Positions 49,031 to 60,499 of a DNA stretch of 64,000 nucleotides are shown piece by piece (positions within the stretch are counted from its first letter, which is position 1; each line of letters opens with the position of its first letter). The stretch covers positions 24,864,001 through 24,928,000 of the forward strand of contig NC_086109.1 in the NCBI RefSeq assembly GCF_963921235.1. Direction: 5' to 3'. The notes below the pieces were generated by a model that made no database searches, was not told where the DNA came from, and saw nothing but the letters and a program-made list of their open reading frames with translations. A program made the position numbers and the translations under genes. This DNA comes from Mobula hypostoma. Lineage: Eukaryota.

Positions 49031-50577
49031 TTTGCTGTTCTAAGAATCTTCTAGGAATCCAAGGCAACAAACAATCTGCTGAAGCAGCCAAGGCAACGTT
49101 CCAACGCGCCATATCGACACAATTCTTTTTCCTCCACCGATGCTGCCTGAACTCCCGAGTTCCTCCAGCAGGTTTTTTGCTGTATAAACCAGGGGACTAT
49201 GTCAGCTGAGCATTTTACTCCAAGCACAGAACTCAGAGGAAGCTCCACACACAAAAAAAATCCAATAAATTATTCAACTTGATTTTCGCAATATTTTTCA
49301 CAGGTCCTTTATACTATTCTATGTACCAGTCTACACTTGACTGTTCAAATAACAAGAGGGATAAAATCTTGCGAAAGCTAATTGGTTTAAATCCTGACCT
49401 GTTCTTGCCCCTATGTTATTCGAGGAGGAGGGGTTAATGAAAAATCGAAAATCTTCCTAATCCCTTCACTCAGTCAGTCAAGTTGCATTTTACCTTGCTG
49501 TCCCGCTGATGTGTGAGAGGTCTGGTTGGAGATGGCCCCTGGCTACTTCAAGGCAAATCAGGCTCACATGACTCGATGGCAGAAACACTGAAGCCAGGAA
49601 AGGGGATAAGTGTAACCTAGTCCAACTCTTGACTCTTTGTTGCCTAAAGTGTTACCTCAGCATTTGAATTATCCTTTTTTCAATCAAGGTTAAAGGCAAT
49701 TGTTATGTGTTAACACTGCTAGATTGTAGTGTCAGTCAGCAGGAGAGCCAATTAAGGGTCCACCTATGTTTTCCATTGTTAAACAGAATAATAAACAAGG
49801 AGGGCTGTAAACCAGACTGCCCATTGCCTGCGAGCAGTGGTGTGATCAACTCTCCCATGGAGGGAGAACTAACCCCATCCATGGCCCTAGCTCTTGTGTA
49901 ACCACTGAGATCACTTTGGGAATATCGCCAATTAAAAAATAACCCCACTTCTCTTCAGCGCACAGGGTCTTACTTTGCCCGGCTCAGCATCACAAGAGTC
50001 GCAAAAAGACAAGATAAAATTTAACTCCTTCCTTTGAGCAACTTGGAAACAGTGGCACACAAAATGCCAGTGTTCAACAAATCCCTGCTGGTGTGTTAAT
50101 ACTTCACCCAAACTTTACCTTGCATTCTCTTAACAAATCACAAAAGCATATCTTTCTTTCCTTTTCTCCCTTATATGGTTCCATAACTAGCTGCTTATTA
50201 ATCCTCCAAGAACTGTAATTACTGGAAGCAAGGACTACTCTTATAATTGGTTAGAACACTGCAGGTACAAATGCCAATTTCCTGACTCATAGATTGGGTA
50301 CTAAATTTAGTGTAAACTGATAGAAAATTCAGCCTCAGTCCTTTTACTCCAGTAAGCCTACCTTTTTTTCCAAGGTACCTGTACCTTTATATAAGGTAAT
50401 GCCAATAAACTCATCAGCTGGTTTGTGAATATTGTATTGCCTTGCATACGTTACCAGAGCACAAGACTCTGAGTTAGCTGGCCCCTAACAGTTTCCTGTT
50501 CCTTTGCAGGTTGTCTCCTGTATTCTTAAAAAAAGATGAAGTGGAAAAAAACTGTGAAAGATACATAGAAGGAATTA

Positions 50578-50829
50578 AACACAAAATAATCTGCAGATGC
50601 TGTTCTCAAAGGAACACTCACAATGCGCTGGAGGGACTCAACAGGTTAGTCAGCATCAGTTGAAAAGATTAGTCGACGTTTCGGGCCGAAACGCTTTGTC
50701 AGGACTGAAGGAAGAACTTTGAAGTTCTTCCTTCAGTCCTCACGAGGGGTTTTGGCCCGAAACATCGATTAATCTTTTCAACTGATGCTGACTAACCTGT
50801 TGAGTTCCTCCAGCATATTGTGAGTGTTC
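50578..50829. mobile_element. Palindromic Penelope-like insertion
   Basis: ~109-bp arms (50611-50719 / 50722-50830); flanks catagaaggaatta / catggaagaaatta. Confidence 0.85.
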
Positions 50830-50943
50830 CATGGAAGAAATTAGGTGTCATACTATTATTTTGCCTGGCGATTTCCATTGTCTTGCCTATACAGTATTAT
50901 ATGGTGCCAATAGTATAGAACTTAGTCAAGAGGCTGAGTACTC

Positions 50944-51094
50944 ATAAACACAAGAAGTCTGCAGATTCTGGAAATCCAAAGCAATGCACACAAAATGCTG
51001 GAGGAACTCAGCAGGGCAGGCAGCATCTATGGACTGTCTACACATCTCCGTAGATGCTGCCTGACCTTCTGAGTTTCTCCAGCATTTTGAGTGT
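50944..51094. mobile_element. Fold-back mini Penelope-like insertion
   Basis: TSD gaggctgagtactc (50930-50943) / gaggctgagtgctc (51095-51108). Confidence 0.8.
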
Positions 51095-51529
51095 GAGGCT
51101 GAGTGCTCTGTGTTCTGGCAACTTAGGGTTGGGTTGAGATGACTCAAAATAATGAGAGACAGTTCTATATGCTTACCATACTGATTGACAAATTTCTAGC
51201 CTTTTATCTCTCAATGATCAAACTAGTAAATTGGTTTATTCATGTCACATGTACTGACTACAGTGGAGAACTTCGTTTTCCATGTCATCAATACAGACAA
51301 GTTCATCACATCAGTACATTCAGCTAGTGTAAGAGAAAACCAATAACCGAACGTAGAATAGATGAACGATTAGTGCATTTAATTCCTCTTGTACCTGCTC
51401 TGAGAGTATTTGACAAGATAGTGTAGTAGGATCTTTACTCCATCCTATACCACCTGTAACTTCAGCAATACATCATCTGGGAGTTTTTGATGGGACAGCG
51501 TAAGGGGATCTTCATTCTTTAAAATACTC

Positions 51530-52109
51530 AGAAGTGGAGAGAGCAAGCAATTTCAAGTTCCTGGGTGTCAAAATCTCTGAGGATCTAACCTGGTCCCAAC
51601 ATATCGATGCAGCTATAAAGAAGGCAAGACAGTGGCTGTATTTCATTAGGAGTTTCAGGAGATTTGGTTTGTCGCCTAAAACACTTGAAAGCTTCTACAG
51701 ATGTACCGTGGAGAACATTCTAACAGGCTGCATCACTGTCTGGTATGGGGGGGGGGGTGGGGGTGGCTACTGCACAGGATCATAAGAAGGTACAGAAAGT
51801 TGTAAAATTAAACAGCTCCATCTTGGGTACTGGACTCCATAGTATCCAGGACATCTTCAAGGAGTGGTGCCTAAGAAAAGGCGGTGTCCATTATTAAGGA
51901 TCCTCATCACCCAGGACATGTCTGCTTCTCATTGTTACCATCAGGAAGGAGGTACAGAAGCCTGAAGGCATACATTCAGCGATTCAGGAACAGCTTCTTC
52001 CCCTCTGCCATCCAGTTTGTAAATGGGCATTGAACCCATGAACACTACCTCACTTTTTTTTCTGTTTTGCACTATTTTGATTTAACTATTTAATGCACAC
52101 ACACACACA

Positions 52110-52165
<56 letters not shown>

Positions 52166-52285
52166 TATTGTAATATTTTTATTTATTTCTATATTTATCA
52201 TGTATTGCATTGTACAGCTGCCGCTAAGTTAACAAATTTCATGACATATGCCGGTGATAGTGATATTAAACCTGATTCTGATTTA
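51530..52285 (+). mobile_element. Rex1/Babar-like LINE 3' fragment
   Basis: FKFLGVKISEDLTWSQH...FYRCTVENILTGCITVWYG; LLPSGRRYRSL. Confidence 0.9.
52096..52163. repeat. (CA)n/(TA)n microsatellite
   Basis: Direct observation. Confidence 0.98.
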
Positions 52286-52798
52286 TCTAACTCGTGCAAT
52301 ACATGGCATTGAAAGCGCTTGGTATGACAGTACAGTGGGAACTCCACTCAGTATCTAAGTCATACTTTCTATATGCTTTACTCTTTCCCAATCCATGTTG
52401 TCCATGCCCTAGGAGATGTGAATGCAACAACACTGAGAGAGACTTGCATCAAAACCTGGATCAGATTTATTATCACTGATATACAGTATATCATAAAATT
52501 TGTTGTTTTACAGCAGCAGTACAGTACAATACATAAAAACTCCAAGTTACAATAAGAACATACAGTACTTTGCTTTCAAAACTGCATTAATTTTCTTAGG
52601 TACACTGTCATGCAGTTTTATAAGAAATTCAGCCAGGGGGTTGTCCCAAACATCTTGGAAAACTTGCCACAGTTCTTCTGCAGACTTTGACTGTCTTGCC
52701 TGCTTCTGTCTCTCCAGGAAATCCCAGACAGCCTCGATGATTTTGAGATTAGGGATCTGTGGCGGCCATACCATCAGAAACCATATAAAAAAATCTAG

Positions 52799-53484
52799 AC
52801 AACAGGAATTCTGCAGATGCTAGAAATTCAAGCAACACACATCAAAGTTGCTGGTAAACGCAGCAGGCCAGGCAGCACCTCTAGGAAGAGGTACAGTCGA
52901 CGTTTCAGGCCGAGACCCTTCGTCAGGACTGGAAGTGTCCCGAAGGTGTGGAAGGGTCTGGGATAGGGACACTGAATACCTCCTCATGGCGGAGAGGGTC
53001 GCCTTCAGAGCTTGACGGGAGAAGCGGCGAGAGGCAGAGTCAATAAAATGTGAGTACCTGGGATCCTCAAAAGGTCCAAATTGAGAGGCTCGGAAACGAA
53101 TCCTAAAGCCAACTGGAGTAAGTTGGCAACGGAGGCACGTTCCAAGAAAGGATATATGGCTGTGATAGCGAGTCTGAGTCAAAATGTGGTCGAAAAGTTG
53201 AAGAACCGAAGGAATTACAGATGGGGAGCAGTGAGAGATGGTTTCACTGAACTCCCGTTGAAGAGAGGATCTAAACTTCTTCGGTGTAGGCATCACCGGA
53301 AGGGGCTTCGCAGTAGTGAATTTTAAAAACGCAAACAACAGGAATTCTGCAGATGCTGGAAATTCAAGCAACACACATCAAAGTTGCTGGTGAACGCAGC
53401 AGGCCAGGCAGCATCTCTAGGAAGGGGTACAGTCGACGTTTCGGCCTGAAACATCGACTGTACCTCTTCCTAGAGATGCTGCCT
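52799..53484 (-). mobile_element. Internally deleted Penelope-like element with tandem terminal repeats and a short inverted end
   Basis: Direct repeats starting ~52800 and ~53336; ORF 52820-53374; flanks taaaaaaatctag / taaaaaaaatccag. Confidence 0.8.
52894..52931 (-). ncRNA. Minimal type I hammerhead ribozyme motif, intact core
   Basis: Minus strand CAGUC-CUGACGA-agggucucggccu-GAAA-C-GUC^GACUG. Confidence 0.7.
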
Positions 53485-54859
53485 AAAAAAAATCCAGGGT
53501 GCCTAAGACTTCTACACACTACTGTATATAAAAGAAAAAAATAAAAAGAAGTACAAAAGTAACTGTGGTAATGTTCATTGTCTCATGGGCGGTTCAGAAA
53601 TTCAACGGTGTCGGGGAAGAAACGGTTCCTGAATTACTGAGTGTGTATCTTCAGTCTCCTGTACTTCTTCCCTGATGGTAGGAATAAGAAGAGGGCAAAT
53701 TCTGGATGGTGAGGGTCCTTAATGATGGATGTTACCTTCTTGAAGCATCACCTTTTGAAGGCGTCCTCAACAGTGGAGAAGCGAGTGCCCATGATGCAGC
53801 TGCTACACTTACAACCGTCCACTGTTTTTTTCTGATCCTCCGCAATGCAATCAATAAAATGCTGCATATTCTGAGCCATGCTATCTATTACTAGGAATAT
53901 TTGATGGAAGAGTACAAAGGGAACGTCACTCCGACTTTTCGGAGTTCTACTGTACACGTCCCAGGAGCATTTGATGGCAATGTGCAAAGGATAGTGTGCT
54001 GTCCTACCCTGGGAGTGTTTGAATCGTCTATCCTCTGAGCCATTGAGATGAGGCTTTCTTTCCCAGCACTAACAGATCTCAATATGATGTGCACAAATTT
54101 CACAAAAACCATATAAAAATACTGTTGTAACATCAATAACTTCAGATAATAACTGGTGAAGATATTAATATAATTTGATTTCAGGAATGCAGTTATTAAT
54201 GACCCTGAGGTATTATTATCATTCTGAGCTTGAGCCACTAATGATAACCTCAGGCTGTCAGTGACCATTAACAGTGCTGTTATTACTCTAATTAAAATGC
54301 TTGCTGCTCTTATATACTTTTAAAAATTTAATCTGCCTCAAAAATATTTAAATTTCCACTGCATTTGTAACCTCTGATTAAAATATTAAAAATTTCTCTC
54401 TGCCTGATTGACTTGCAGCAATCTCTCAGCAAAGTTCCCTGATTTGCTGTTTGAAGTTCAGCTCTAAATCCTGTCTGACCACGAGCTTCAGCAGGGATAA
54501 TGACGTTAAGGTTCTTGCCTTCTCTTTCTGCTAAAAACGCAGATTTAAACTTAAACTGAAGGTAATGATGTTGCAGATGTTTTTCATGTGTGAGAAAAGA
54601 GTCACTTCAATTGCCAGACATATGATGGCAGGACCAAATCATCCTTTTCCTTTACATAAATGGAAATAGAGTATCACTCTCACATGCATACTTTCATTCA
54701 AGCTCTTTAATATAGTGTGCTTAGTTCTCAAGAAGCACGTTCACAATAATAATCACACACTCACAGACTTCCACACTGTAATCAATGTGAATTTTCACTA
54801 ATTCACCTTCATACAACATTACTTAGGAAAACAATGATTTGGTTCACTTCACTTCATCC

Positions 54860-55050
54860 CACTCCCCCACTCACCTATCACCGGCCATCTTGTACTCCTT
54901 CCCACCCGCTCACCCACAACTTCTTATTCTGATTTTTCCCTTTTCCTTCCAGCTTTGGTGAAGGGTCTTGTCCTAAAACGTTGATTGCTTATTCCCCTCT
55001 ACAGATGTTGCATCACCTCCTGAGTTCCTCCAGCTGCTTGTGTGTGTTCC
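54860..55050 (+). mobile_element. Penelope-like 3' terminus, degraded
   Basis: ggtgaagggtcttgtcctaaaacgttgattg followed by the family terminus. Confidence 0.6.
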
Positions 55051-55133
55051 TCCTCATGTCTCACACACTGGTACATACACAAAAACACACAAACTTTTAC
55101 ACAAAGATAATCAATCACACATATATATATATA

Positions 55134-55398
55134 GGGTGACACAGTGGTAGTTAGCACAACGCTTTACAGTGCCGGCAACCTGGGTTCAATTTCCGCTGTT
55201 GTCTGTAAGAAGTTTGTACATTCTCCCTGTGACCTCATGGGTTTCCTCTGGGTGCTCCCGTTTTCTCCCACAGCCCAAAGGAAATGGAAGGTTAGTTGGT
55301 CATTGTAAATTGTCCTGCGATTAGGCTAGGATTAAATCAGGAGATTGCTGGACGACAGGGCTCGAAGCACCACAAGGGTCTATTCTAAATAAATAAAT
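55134..55398 (+). mobile_element. tRNA-derived HE1/V-SINE-like copy
   Basis: Same family as 48106-48378; (AAAT)n tail. Confidence 0.8.
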
Positions 55399-55942
55399 AT
55401 GCACTTTCAGATAGACATCTCTCTCCCCCAGACACACTCAAACACAAACACAATCTCAGACACACACGTACAAGCTCAGGCACAGAATGACTCACCACAC
55501 AAGCACTGTAAATTCAGGCGATTTATGAACATACATTCACATGGATGTAGCACATTATATATACATATGTGCACATATACTATGTGAACACAGCTTCCTG
55601 TTCTAGTAGCCGTTCTCTTCAGTGCTGAGTTTATTGGGCTGCTCGATGCCAAACTGGCATATGCGAATTGAACTTGTTGCAGGTCAGAGTATTGTGCTAA
55701 GCACCGACCTGCTCTAATTGCACTGCTGATTGTGTCTACTGCTACGTTAATTAACAAAAGAATCAGGCCTGGGTACTGGAAGAACTGCAGTCCATATTCT
55801 GTTTACAGCTGCCTCTGCCGGTACCAGCTGAATTCATAAGTGCCAATTAACAGTACACTAATCATTTGTTGTTTTACTTCTACCCTCTCCACTGAATGCA
55901 GTATTCTGCATGTATCATTAACGTATTACCCACTCAACCTAT

Positions 55943-56230
55943 GTTCAAAGTTCAATGTAAATTTATTATCAAAATACATAACTGTCACCATATACTTGCT
56001 TAAGATTCATTTTCTTACAGGCATTCACAGTAGAACAAAGAAAAACAATAGAATCAATGAAGAACTACACACAACTAACCATGCTGGTTTGGGAGCCTAA
56101 CAGTTGAAGGGTAACAACTGTTCCTGAACTTGGTGGTGTGGGACCTAAGGCTCCCGTACCTTGTTCCTGATGACAGCTGTGAGAAGACAGCATGGCCTGG
56201 ATGATGAGGGAGCCCTTGGTGATGGATGCT
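55943..56230 (-). mobile_element. Rex1/Babar-like 3' end
   Basis: ttcaaagttcaatgtaaatttatt tail; homologous to 26230-26830. Confidence 0.65.
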
Positions 56231-56489
56231 GTACCCTATCACCAACAAAAAATTTGGTTTCCCTAATGTCCAGGCTCAGAAAATGCTCTGGGTATTCCTA
56301 GCTGGACCTTTAGTCTGCATTTTTGTTTTATTTTCAAGCTAAGCTAAGTTGGCTCCCAGAACACCAAGCTGTTTTACTTTAGAAGCTCCAGAAAGCTGGG
56401 GTATGATACTGCAATTACATGCATATAATATTAAATCCTGACCTTGGATATAATCTTGCTTCTAATATGATTTCAAGATTAAAGAAGGG

Positions 56490-56700
56490 GAGAACTTTGC
56501 ATTGCTCATCATGACCTCTAAGCATTCAAAGCCGCACTCAGACAATAAAATACTGTATACCTTCAAATGCAATGTAGGAATTGCAACACCAAATCTATAG
56601 ACAGCGTGATCCCACAGTAAGTAATGAGATAAATCTCCAGATAACAGGGAATTAGCTGGAGGTGATATTGGGTCCCGTTCAATTTAGGTAATCTAGGACT
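56490..56700 (-). mobile_element. DeuSINE-like fragment
   Basis: aatgtaggaa...gatcccacagtaagtaatgagataa. Confidence 0.4.
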
Positions 56701-56966
56701 GTCACACAATTACACAAATGCCCCATTCATAACTAGACCGCAGTGCTGACTGGGATCTGGATTCCAGTTTTTTATTTACTTTTATGCATGGTTCATATTG
56801 GCAGCAGTGTCATGTGGTGTGCCTGTTTCTCAGACAAAGCTTCATTTTTGCAAACATTCAACTTGTACCAAGGAAGAGTGACTCAACACAGAAAGAGTTA
56901 GGAAATGGCCTTGCAAGCAATCCCTTATCTCTTTAGATATGTATACTATGACTCAGTACATTCTTA

Positions 56967-57392
56967 AGATAGATAGATAGATAGATAGATTCAACTTTAT
57001 CGTCATTGTGCCGAGTACAGATACAAAGCCAATGAAATGCATTTAACATCTGACCAGAAATGCAAAGAATAGTGCTATTTACAAAATAACTGTGAATAAA
57101 AAAAGTGCTACAGCACACAAATATAAAAGTACTGAAACAGTACAATACGGATGGAATACTGCTTAGCGCTGTGATGTGAGATTCAGCAGGGTCACAGCCT
57201 CAGGGAAGAGGCTTTTCCTTTGCCTGCTGGTGCGGGAGTGGAGGCTCCTGTAGCACCTACCGGATGGGAGGAGAGTAAAAAGTCCATGGTTAGGGTGAGA
57301 TGCATCCCTGATAATGCTTTTTGCCCTGCTCAGGCAGCGTTTATGGTAGATGTTCTCAATGGTGGGCAATTGGGTGCCAATAATCCGCTGGG
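56967..57392 (-). mobile_element. Rex1/Babar-like 3' end with (TCTA)n tail
   Basis: HPNHGLFTLLPSGRCYRSL...SLFPEAVTLLN. Confidence 0.8.
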
Positions 57393-57634
57393 ACAGTTAA
57401 GACAGTTCAATTTGGTGTCAAAAATGATCATTTTTCTTCAGTTAGTTGTTATTGTTGACTTTCACATGTGCATGGTTGGAGAGTTTCAAACTCTAATGTA
57501 GACTTATTGCGGAGTGTTCCCATGACTACACATGCAATTCCTCTCATCAGAAGCTTCCACACATACAGATGAAAACGCAATTGCTGTACCATCACCGAGT
57601 TGTCGCTCACACTAGGAATTGGGTAACGTGGCAA

Positions 57635-57996
57635 TTGAAAGGCCTAGAAAGAGTGGATGTGGAGAGGATGTTTCCTATTTTAGGGAGTCTATGACAAGAG
57701 GGCACAATCTCAGAATAGAAGGGAATTCCTTCATAGCAGAGATGAGGAGGACTTTCTTTAGCCAGAGGGTGTTGAATCTGTGGAACTGATTGCCATGGAC
57801 AGCTGTGGAAGCCAAATCATTGGTTATATTTAACGCAGAGGTTAACAGTTTCTTAATTAGTAAGGGTGTCAAAGTTTACACAGAGAAGGCAAGAGAATGG
57901 GTTTGGAAAACACAATAAAAAAGCCATGATGAGCTGGCGGAGCAGACTTGATGGCTGAGTGGCCTAATTTTGCTCCTATGTCTTATGGTCTTATGG
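57635..57996 (+). mobile_element. CR1 3' fragment
   Basis: TRGHNLRIEG...FFSQRVLNLWN; (TCTTATGG)n tail. Confidence 0.8.
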
Positions 57997-58289
57997 TTAT
58001 TTCATAGCTGCACATTAGAACTCTGGTCATGTATTACCGAGCTTGAGAGCCATTCAGTGAATGGATGTGTTCTATGAAATGGGAAAGGCCCTAGAAACTG
58101 AAGAAGGAAGTGAAAGGTAATGTGATCCTAAATTAATATAACATGTGGGTATAAAAAAGCAATACCTTTGAAAAAGATTGGGCCAGTAACATACGGCGCA
58201 TAGTTAATATTCTCACAACATGAATAGTGAAATTTGTCTTGTTTAAACATGTTATGCAGAAACTAGAAGATTGATCTCATCTGTAATGT

Positions 58290-59893
58290 GGTCGTGGCTC
58301 CATTAGGGAGAGTATAGCTATAGATACTAGTAACCTCTAGTAAGACATCCTTGATACTGGAGTTTTTCCACACACATTCAAAATGTGGCTGTCAAACCCC
58401 TACTTAAAAAGCCAAACCTTGATAGTGAGGTAATAGCTAACTATAGGTCTATATCAAATCTTCGCTTCCTGGGCAAGATTCCTGAGAAAGTGATTTTCAA
58501 CCAATTCAACAACTTTTTAAATGAGAACAATATTCTAGAATAGTTTCAGTCAGGTTTTAGTGCAAACCACAGTACAGAAATGGCCCTTCTCAAAATTCTC
58601 AATGACCTTAGGCTCAGCTCTGATGCTAATAGAGTCTCAGTTCTAATTCTTCCAGAACTAAATGCTACCTTCAACACAATTGACCACAACATTCCTCTAG
58701 AACTGGGTTGGCCTCTCTGGCAGTGACCTTAATAGGTTTTGCTCACATATCTTAGAGAGAAAAATTTTCATCTGTCTTGGAGATTAATTTTCTAAGAGAT
58801 ATGCTGTATTTTTGGTGTTGCTTTGATGTGACTACGAAGCTGTCTTGGTCCACTACTCTTCTCATCACACATGCTCCCCTTAGTAGACATCATTAGAGAA
58901 TATAAACTTGATTTCCACAGTTATGCAGATGACACACACAACTGTATATCTCGGTTGAGCCAGATGATGATAATACCCTATTTTCTCGGACTTCTGGTAT
59001 GGCTGCAATAAACAAATGGATGAGCAATAATTTCCTAAAACTAAATGAAGATAAAACTGAAATACTTCTGATTGGTCTCAAAGCTAAAAGAGATAATGTT
59101 CTTGATAAACTTGAGAACTTGGCTCCCCTTGTAAAATCAAAAGTAAATAGCCTGGGAAATTTCCTTGATTCAGATTTGAATTTTAAGTCCCACATAAAGA
59201 AAGTGGTCAGAGCAGTATTTCTACACTTATTGCAAATATTGCAAAGGTACATCTGTTTCTGTCTTGTAATGATGCTGAAAAACTAATTCATGCCTTTATA
59301 TTGAATAGACCAGGTTACTGTGATGCACTTTTTACTGGCCTTCTAAAGCAACCTATTGACAGACTTCAACTCATTCAGAATGCTGCTGCTAGACTTCTAA
59401 CTAAAACCAGGATGAGGGAGCATAACACTCCTGTCCTAGCTGCTCTGCATTGGTTTCTTGTATTTTTTAGAATTAACTTTAAAATTCTCTTTCTTGTTTT
59501 TAAAGCTCTTCATGTTCTGGGATCGGCATACATCACAGAATAATTTTCGTTTTATAATCCTGCTTAAGCTCTCAAGTCTTCTTCCGGCAGAAATTTAAAC
59601 AATCTTCCTCAAAAGATAATTGGCAGGTCAGCTTTTCTGAACTACGTTCTTAGACTATGGAATTCAATACTTAAAACTATAAGAAATGCTGACTCAGATG
59701 TCACTTTTAAACGCCAGTTGGAAACCCATTTACTTAACCTTGCTTTTAACTAACATCTTTTTGTTTTTTACTTTCATGTTTATTTTTTAAAATTTTATAT
59801 TCATGTTTGTACTTTATCCCATTGTAAAGCACTTTGAACTGCATCATCTGTATGAAAAGTGCTCTGCAAATAAGTTCCGAATTATTATTATTA
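58290..59893 (+). mobile_element. L2 LINE 3' portion, frameshifted
   Basis: PLLKKPNLD, NYRSISNL, FQSGF..HSTE, YADDT, WMSNNFLKLNEDKTE, LQLIQNAAARLLT; L2 tail gtaaagcactttgaactgc...(ATT)n. Confidence 0.9.
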
Positions 59894-60488
59894 CTTGTTT
59901 AACTTTTCTCAGCTCAAGCTGGTAAAACCTGAGGAATGGGCATAGCCAAGCATTCTCATTTCTCAATTGCTAGGAACTCTTGGACTATTCTAGTGCTGTT
60001 TAGTATTGTGGTTTTCTGAAGATTTACATAGATATTGCTATGCAGCCCTAATTGTTTAATGCTATTGTGTAGTGCCTTTGGGATGAAAAAAGTTGTAGAT
60101 ATTACTATTGGGGTAATGTACCCCGTTCATGTTCCAAAATCTTTCAATTTCCTCTTTTAATTCAGCATATTTCTGGTGTTTTTCACATTGATTTCTGCAA
60201 GTTATGTGTGTTTGGAATGGCTATATCTATTAAATAAGTTGTTCTTGCTTGTTTATCCTGTATTATTATATCCGGACAGCTATTATGCACTGTCCTATCT
60301 GTAATAACTGATCGGTCATAATATATTTTGTGGTATTCTGACTCTAAAACTGGATCAGGCTTGTATTTATAGTAAGGTGTAATTTCATTTATGAGTTGGT
60401 ATTTTAAAGCAAAATCTCGATGAATGATATTTGCCACTTGATTGTGCCTGTATAAGTAATCAGGTTGTGTTAAACTGCTACATGATCC
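59894..60488 (-). mobile_element. R4/Dong-clade non-LTR element 3' end (restriction-like endonuclease)
   Basis: DYLYRHNQVANIIH...PDIII.DK...LIDIAIP (PD-D motif); (ATT)n on both sides. Confidence 0.8.
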
Positions 60489-60499
60489 TTATTATTATT

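Larger units (their letters stand above)
52563..53524 (-). mobile_element. Deleted Tc1/mariner element
   Basis: WPPQIPNLKIIEAVW (WPxQSPDLNPIE-like) DDE C-terminus; TIR-like gtgcctaagacttctacacactactg; TA on both sides. Confidence 0.8.
52458..53830 (-). mobile_element. Rex1/Babar-like 3' end split by Tc1 and PLE insertions
   Basis: 52458-52560 plus 53525-53830 are collinear with 3072-3446. Confidence 0.7.
51385..54070. repeat. Ancient degenerate ~65-70 bp satellite (tgtacctgccctgggagtgtttgatgggacagtgtagagggagctttactc-like), fragmented by insertions
   Basis: Units visible at ~51388-51520, 52285-52440 and 53880-54025. Confidence 0.5.

Noticed and set aside
54206..54227. tgaggta start as let-7/miR-98
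   Set aside because: The remainder does not match let-7 and the stem is too short and bulged
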